A stretch of DNA of 64,000 bases from the human T2T-CHM13v2.0 reference genome, Homo sapiens. Positions 57,029 to 64,000 of the stretch are shown here, piece after piece. Below the pieces are notes generated by a model. The model was not told the origin of the DNA. It did not search any database and was given only the letters and a program-made list of their open reading frames with translations. Position numbers and translations under genes: made by a program. Each line of letters begins with the position of its first letter. Position 1 is the first letter of the stretch. Location: the NCBI RefSeq assembly GCF_009914755.1, contig NC_060929.1, one strand, 5' to 3'.

Positions 57029-57394
57029 TATTTTAGTTGATTTTGTGTTGCTATAACAGAATACCAGAGACTGGATGGCTTACAAGAATAGAAATTTATT
57101 TTTTTATTGTTCTGGAGGCTGGGAATTCCAAGGTCGGGGTACTGTATCTGGGTCTTCTTGCTACATCATCCCATGGCAGAAGGCAAGAGAGTGAGAGAGT
57201 AGATGAGAGAGAAGGAGAGGAAGGGAACTGAAGTTAATCTTTTCTTAGGAAGTCACTCTTGTAATAATGAACCTACATGAGGGTAGAACCCTCATGACCT
57301 AATCACTTCTTAAAGGTCTCACCCATTAATCATGTTGTGTTGTGGATTAAGTTTTCAACAAATAAACTCTGGGGGACACATTCAAGTCACAGCA
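57029..57394 (-). mobile_element. MST (C/D-like) MaLR solo LTR
   Basis: 'ttttgtgttgctataacagaataccagagactgg...gttctggaggctgggaattccaagg...ccctcatgacctaatcacttcttaaagg...gggggacacattcaagtcacagca'. Flanks are aaaac/aaaat. Confidence 0.88.
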
Positions 57395-58310
57395 AAAATC
57401 AAATAAACAAACAAAAAAGGACTGTAGACTGGGTGTATCACTAATGCATGCAATTTTTAACCACTGCTACAGAGTTAAGTACAGTTTGAGCAGAAAGAGA
57501 AGCTCCTTATAGCTTTATTATTTGAGTACATTGATCCATATAATGTGGAGGTTTTAGAAAGAAATAAAATATATGTAAAATAAATATATTTGAGTGTTTA
57601 ACTTCGATCTCTTTAATGTGGTAATATGAATATGTAAATGTGTGCTTTTTAACCTCCTGTGCTATCCCAAAAACCGGGAGATCTCAATTTATAACTCTTT
57701 CCCACTACTTTTTTATTGAGCTATAATTAATATCAGTAAATGTAACTACATTGTATTCAAATCTATGATATGAATATCCCTCCATTTATTGAGTTTTTAT
57801 TTATTTTATTCGCCAGTGTTTTGTAATTTTCTGCATAGAGGGCACACTCATATTTTGTTAGATTATATTTAAGTAATTCTCCTTTTTGGTGCCATTGTAA
57901 GTAATATTTTTATTGGTTTAAAATTTCCATTGTTTTTTGCTAGTATGTAGGAAAACAACAAACTTTTTAATGTTGGTTTTGTAAACTAAACTCACATTTT
58001 AATTCTAGGAGGTTTTTCTAAAAATAAATAATGATGTTGTCCGTGAAAAAAGACAAGTTTATGTCTACCCTTTTCAATTTTATGCTTTGTATTTATTCCC
58101 CTTGCCTTATTTTACTAATTAGGACTTTACATGTATTGTTGAATAGAAGTGGGGGAAGGGGAAATCCTTGTCTTGTTTTTTATGCTGGGAGTAAAGCATT
58201 TAGTCTCTCACCATTCAATATGTAACCTGTAGGTTTTCTGTATGTCTTCTTTCCTTGGTGAAAGAAGTTACCTTGTATTCTTGTGTATTCCTAGGATAAA
58301 CTCCATTTGT

Positions 58311-58460
58311 GTTTTATATATATATATATAGTTATATATATAGTTATGTATTTATATATAGGTATATGTTTATATATAGTTATATATTTATATATAGTTC
58401 TATGTATATATTTTGTATACATATATATGTTTTGTATACATATATATATATATATATAAA
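58311..58460. repeat. TA-rich degenerate microsatellite inside L1M
   Basis: Interrupted (TA)n with recurring 'gttatatatata' and 'ttttgtatacatatatat' units. Confidence 0.9.
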
Positions 58461-59605
58461 ATACTGCCAGATTTCATATGCTAAGATTTTCTTGAGGAGT
58501 TTTAAATCTATGTTCATAAAAGGCATTTGTTTATAGATTTCTTCGATGTTTGACTGGTTTTGGTATAAGGATAATACTGGCCTCATAGAATGAGTTAGAC
58601 ACTGTTCCCTCCTTTTCCATTTTTCCAGCAGCTATTATATAAAATTGGTATGATTTATTCTTTAAGGATTGATAGAATTCACCAGTGAAACTTAGCACTG
58701 GCATTTTACCTTATTGGAAAGTTTTTATCAGCTAATTCAACTTTAGTTATGTGGCTATTCAATATTATCTGTTTCTCCTCGTATAAATTTTCATAGTTTA
58801 CATCTTTCAAAAAATTGCCCTATTTTATCTAAATCATCAAATTTATGAGGATAAAGTTGTTCAAAGTATTCCCTTATTAGCCTGTTAATGTCCATGGGTG
58901 AGTAGTCATGACCCCAGTTCAAGTTCTGATATTGGTAATTTGTTTTCTCAGTTCCTTGGTTATTTTGTCTAGAGGCTTATCAATTTTATCAATATTTTCA
59001 AGGAATCTACATTTGGTTTTGTTATTTCTATTTTTCTATGTTTTGAATTTTATTAATTTCAGCTCACATTTATAGAATTTCTCTCATGTGCTTGGTTTGA
59101 ATTTAAATTAAATTTTGTTATTGATTTTTTAAATTACTGATTTTAGATTTCTCACTTCCTAATATATAGATTTAATGTTTACCTTTGCCTCTAATTTGCA
59201 TTTGTATCTCTTAATTTTGATAAATTCTCATTTTTTCTTTGTTCAAAATAGTTTAAATTACTTTTGAGACTTTTTTGACTCATATATTATTTAGAAGTGT
59301 GATGTTTAATTTCCAAATATTTTGGGATTTTCCAATTCTGTTATTAATTTAACTAGTTATTTCATTGAATAGAGTATTTCATTGTTTGAGAACACACTTT
59401 GCATAATTTCTATTCAGAAAGTTATATTTTGTGGTCAAGAATATGCTCTATCTTGGCAATTGTTTCATGAGAGTTTGAGAAAATGTGAATTCTGCTGTTG
59501 GGGAAATATTCTATAATGTCAATTAGATCAAGTTGATTCATGTTGCTGTTCAAGTTAACTATGCCCTTACTAATTGCTCTACGGGCATATTTTATCAATT
59601 ACTGA

Positions 59606-59946
<341 letters not shown>

Positions 59947-60913
59947 CCAGATTTATGCATTACTCTTTGAAGTTCCACCTGTTTTTACCTCAGGTATTTT
60001 GATGCTCAGTAGTTAGGCACATGCACATTAAGAATTTTTATGTCTTTTTAGAGAACTGACCTCTTTATCATTATGTGATGCCCCTCTTTATCCCTGATAA
60101 TTTTTCTTGCTCTGAAGATTGATATATCTGAATTAATTTAGCTATTCCAACTTTCTTTTGATTTGTGTTAGCATGGTATGTTTTTCTCTGTTCCCTTGTT
60201 TTTACTCTACCTAAGAGTTTGTATTTTATGTTGGTTTTCTATAGACAAGTTATATATGAGCTTATTTTTTGATCCACTTTGAGTATTTATTTCTTTTAAT
60301 AGGTATATTTATACCATTCATAGTAAGAGATTATCAATATAGGTGAAATAATATCATTCATATTTGTAACTGATAAATATTGGTTACATTTTTAATTTCT
60401 TTCCTTCCTCCATCTTCTGCCTTCTCTGATGTTAAAGGAGTATTTTACTTTATTCTGTTTTGCTCTGTTTGTTTATTATAAAGTAATGGCTATTATTATT
60501 ATCATGTCTTATTTAATATGACATTTATTTTCTAAACATTTCTAGTGATTGGTTTAAGATTTATAATAAACAATAAAATAATATACCTTCAAATAATACT
60601 TTATCAATTAACATGTAGAACAGTTACTTATAACAAAATATTTTCAATTTCTCCCTCCAGTCCCGTGTGATGTTGTTGTCACTCATTTTAGTTTTACATA
60701 TTCTGTACCATACACTATATTTTTAGTATGGCTTTTCACAGACATTCATTTTTAGATAAATTAAAAATAAGAAAAATAAACATTTTGTTTTACTCCTCAT
60801 TTACTCTTTTCTGACATTTTTTTAAAAAGTAAATTTAAGTTTCTGACCAATATTAATCTTCTGCCTGAACTGTTCTTTTAAAATTTATTGTAGTGCAGTT
60901 CTGCTTGCAGTGA

Positions 60914-61238
<325 letters not shown>

Positions 61239-61375
61239 ACGTATACAATTCAGATATGACAGTTTTTCTTTTAACACTGTAAAGATTTTACTTCATTGTC
61301 TTCTTGTTTACATGGTTTCTGGTCATTTTTATTATTGTTTCTCCATAGGTTAGGTGCTTCCTTCTCTGACTGCCT

Positions 61376-61867
61376 TCAAAATTTCTCTTTGTCTTTGGTT
61401 TTTGGCAATGTATATGTGGTATGTCTAAGTAATTTTTTTTTTACTTTGTTTCTGTTTTGTTTTCTCTGAAACTCTTGGGTTTGTGGTTTGGTGTCTGTTA
61501 TTAATTTTGGAAAATCTTTGACTTTTATTTCTTTAAATACTTTTTCTGCCCCTTTCTGTTTTTCTCCTTCTTCTGGCATTCCAATGACATGTACGTTGCA
61601 CCTTTTGCTATTGTCCTACAGTTCTTGGAAATTATGTTCTCCCCTTTTTTCTCTCATTCCTTTTTCTTTTTACATCTTAATCTGGGCAATTTGTACTGCC
61701 CCATCTTCAACTTGATTGATTCTTTCCTTAAATGTATTAAGTCTACTAATGAGCCCTTCTGAGGCATTCTTTATTTTTGTTACTGTGCTTTTCTTTGCTA
61801 GTAATTCCCTTTGAATCTTTATTATGGTTTCCATCTCTCTGCTGTCAATGCACATCTGATCGTGCAC
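61376..61867 (-). pseudogene. Decayed L1 ORF1p coding remnant (coiled coil and RRM)
   Basis: SREMETIIKIQRELL..KSTVTKIKNASEGLISRLNTFKERINQVED (coiled coil) and PEEGEKQKGAEKVFKEIKVKDFPKLITDTKPQTQEFQR...RH...LPKTKDKEK (RRM region), split into separate ORFs by stops or frameshifts. Confidence 0.85.
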
Positions 61868-62950
61868 AGTTCACACCTGTAGAGACTTTAATGTAGTAAC
61901 AGTATTTATTTTTAAACCTCTGAATGCTAATTCCAACACCTGCATCTTTTCTGAGTCTGGTTCACATCATTGCTTTATCTCTTCAGTTTTCATTGGGCTT
62001 TTGGTGTGCTTTGTATTTTTTTGTTGTCATTGAAAGCTAAACATGTTAAACAAAGCATTAAATATTGAGATACGTAGGCCTTAAATTTGAGGATTTAAGT
62101 TTATCTTGCAATAGGTTGCTCTGTGTTTGACATTTGTTGTAGCTATGGGTTCTAAAGACTTCACATTTCTATGCTGACCTTGTTTGTGTCTCACTTCTTG
62201 ACTATTGACTATGGGGTTCCCTTTGCACTTCTCCTCATCATTGCTACTACTAATGAAGTCTTATGAGCGTGGCCATATCATGTACAGAAGAGAGGGCATT
62301 CTCTAATCTTTTGATTAACTCTCAGTTTTTGGAGTGCACTGGGTCCTGTGTCTTGGAGCTGTGGCCTTCTTAAGTGTTTCTGTCCCTTCTCCAGTAATAG
62401 GGCTTTGTTCCCCTGCCTCCTAATCCTTCGTCAGCTGCAGCAGCTATATTTTAATTTTTCTCCATCTATATTCTTGTAATTATGTTCCTTATTTTCTTTT
62501 TAGTTAAGACAGGGAGGCTGGAATGGGGCTGGAGTGAGGAAGCTGGTGGGCCAGAGTTCCTGTGGACTGGCTAGAATGGGATTTTCTAATTGGCTTCTGA
62601 TGATGACTTTCCTGAGATTAAACAAATCTTTTTTTTTTTTTTTTTTTCAGAAGAATGAAATGTCAGGGTGAACGTCACAGTAACTAAACTTTCTGTCCAC
62701 CTACCACAGTCATAGGGGTTAAGGTTGAGCTTCACAATGAGAACCTGGCAGAGTGCCTAGAGTAAAAGGCTGTGAAAGTGTCTGGGAGATGGAGGCTATG
62801 ACTGTGGCCCCCAGAAGGTTCTCATTCTCGTGTTAGCTGACAGTTGGCTTCTAGTAATTCATGAAAATTTCTACTTTACTGTTTTTATTGGTTTATGGCA
62901 TCCTCCAGCTTCTGCTCTAGGTAAGTGAATCTGAGGTCCTGTGTCTACCT

Positions 62951-64000
62951 AGAGTAGTTGTAGTTGGGGATGCTGTTTGGAGACTTTTTCAGGCCCCCAT
63001 GGTGAACTGCACTTTGGGCCTTTAAGATATTGGGGCAAGAATTCTAACCTCATATGCAGATAATTATTCTGCTTTTGATAAATGGCTCTTGGCCTGCTAT
63101 AGACACTTAATAGAAACTGAGTGCTTTGATCACAGGCCACCAAGTTACCTGTGCCACCCATCATAAACTGGCATTATCTGACCCACCAAGTCATATAGTT
63201 GGGCACACACAATACTTCATCTTCAAATGAAGGAGCCTGAATAGACTCAAAAGGCACAGGTCAGCTACATGCAGAAGTGGCCCTCTTGCCCATAGTACCC
63301 ACTTCTGCTGCACAGCCTGTCCTCTCCCAGCCTGCACCTGCAGCCTCATGGGGAGTTGTGTATGATCAATTGACATAGAAAAAGAAGACTTGGGCTTGGT
63401 TTACAGATGGTTCTGCCTGATATGTGGGCACCACTCTGAAAGTGGACAGATGTAATCCCTTCTCTGGGATATCCCTGAAGGACAGTGGTGAAGGAAAATC
63501 TTCCCAGAGGGCAGAACTTCAGGCAGTGCACCGGGTTGTGCCCTTTGCCTTGAAGGTGAAATGTTTAGGCATGAGATTATATTCCAAATCATGGGTATTA
63601 GCCAATGATTTGGCTGGATGGTCAGGGACTTGGGAGGAATATGATTGAAAAATATATTAAAAAGTTGACAATTTAATAATCTCCTAGATAGAATGACCTG
63701 TTACGTGGATATCAGACACACTCTTTCCCCAGCCACCCCTGTCATAACCCAATGGGTTCATGAACAAAATAGCCATGGTGGCAGGGATGGAGGTTAGGCA
63801 TGGGCTCAACAATGTGGAATACCACTCACCAATAATGGCCAGGCTATGGCCACTGCTGAGTGCTCAATCTTCCAGCAGTGGAAATCAACCCTGAGCCTCC
63901 AGTATGAAACCATTCGGTGGGATAATCAGCCAGCTACCTGGTGTCAAATTGATTAGAATGGACTGCTTTCATCATGGAAGGGGCAGCAATCTGACAACTA
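62951..64000 (+). mobile_element. ERV-L internal pol remnant (RT connection, RNase H, integrase zinc finger), running off the window
   Basis: WFTDGSA* at 63397-63420. LKDSGEGKSSQRAELQAVH...LANDLAGWSGTW in ORF 63424-63648. QWVHEQNSHGGRDGG*AWAQ...TAECSIFQQ is a decayed HHCC motif from ~63750. Homologous to the minus-strand segment at ~8260-8990. Confidence 0.92.

Overview
Primate genomic DNA, most likely great ape or human, because it contains a full-length SVA retrotransposon plus AluY/S/J elements. It is AT-rich and looks intronic or intergenic. I can support no protein-coding exon, RNA gene or CRISPR array. The longer ORFs I could assign are read-throughs of Alu, SVA, L1, MaLR or ERV-L repeats, and the rest are short with no motif I recognise. 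Main content: a hAT (Zaphod-like) DNA transposon fossil (3.5-4.9 kb), an MLT2B LTR with HERV-L pol/dUTPase remnant (6.3-9.1 kb, minus), a full-length SVA_D-like element (20.8-22.6 kb), 16 Alus, several L1 fragments including a twin-primed L1PA (42.8-45.2 kb) and an old L1M with ORF1 remnants (57.8-62.9 kb), MaLR solo LTRs, and a second ERV-L pol remnant at the right edge. I found no new biological system. The best leads are unusual insertion architectures: two L1MA 3' ends back-to-back inside one apparent target-site duplication (TSD), a THE1-in-THE1 inverted nest forming a long hairpin, an inverted L1 with a probable target-site deletion, a ~28-nt Alu with TSD, and a template-switch palindrome. 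There is also a strong isolated CTCF motif. All repeat subfamily names are from recalled consensus sequences, not from a RepeatMasker/Dfam run.
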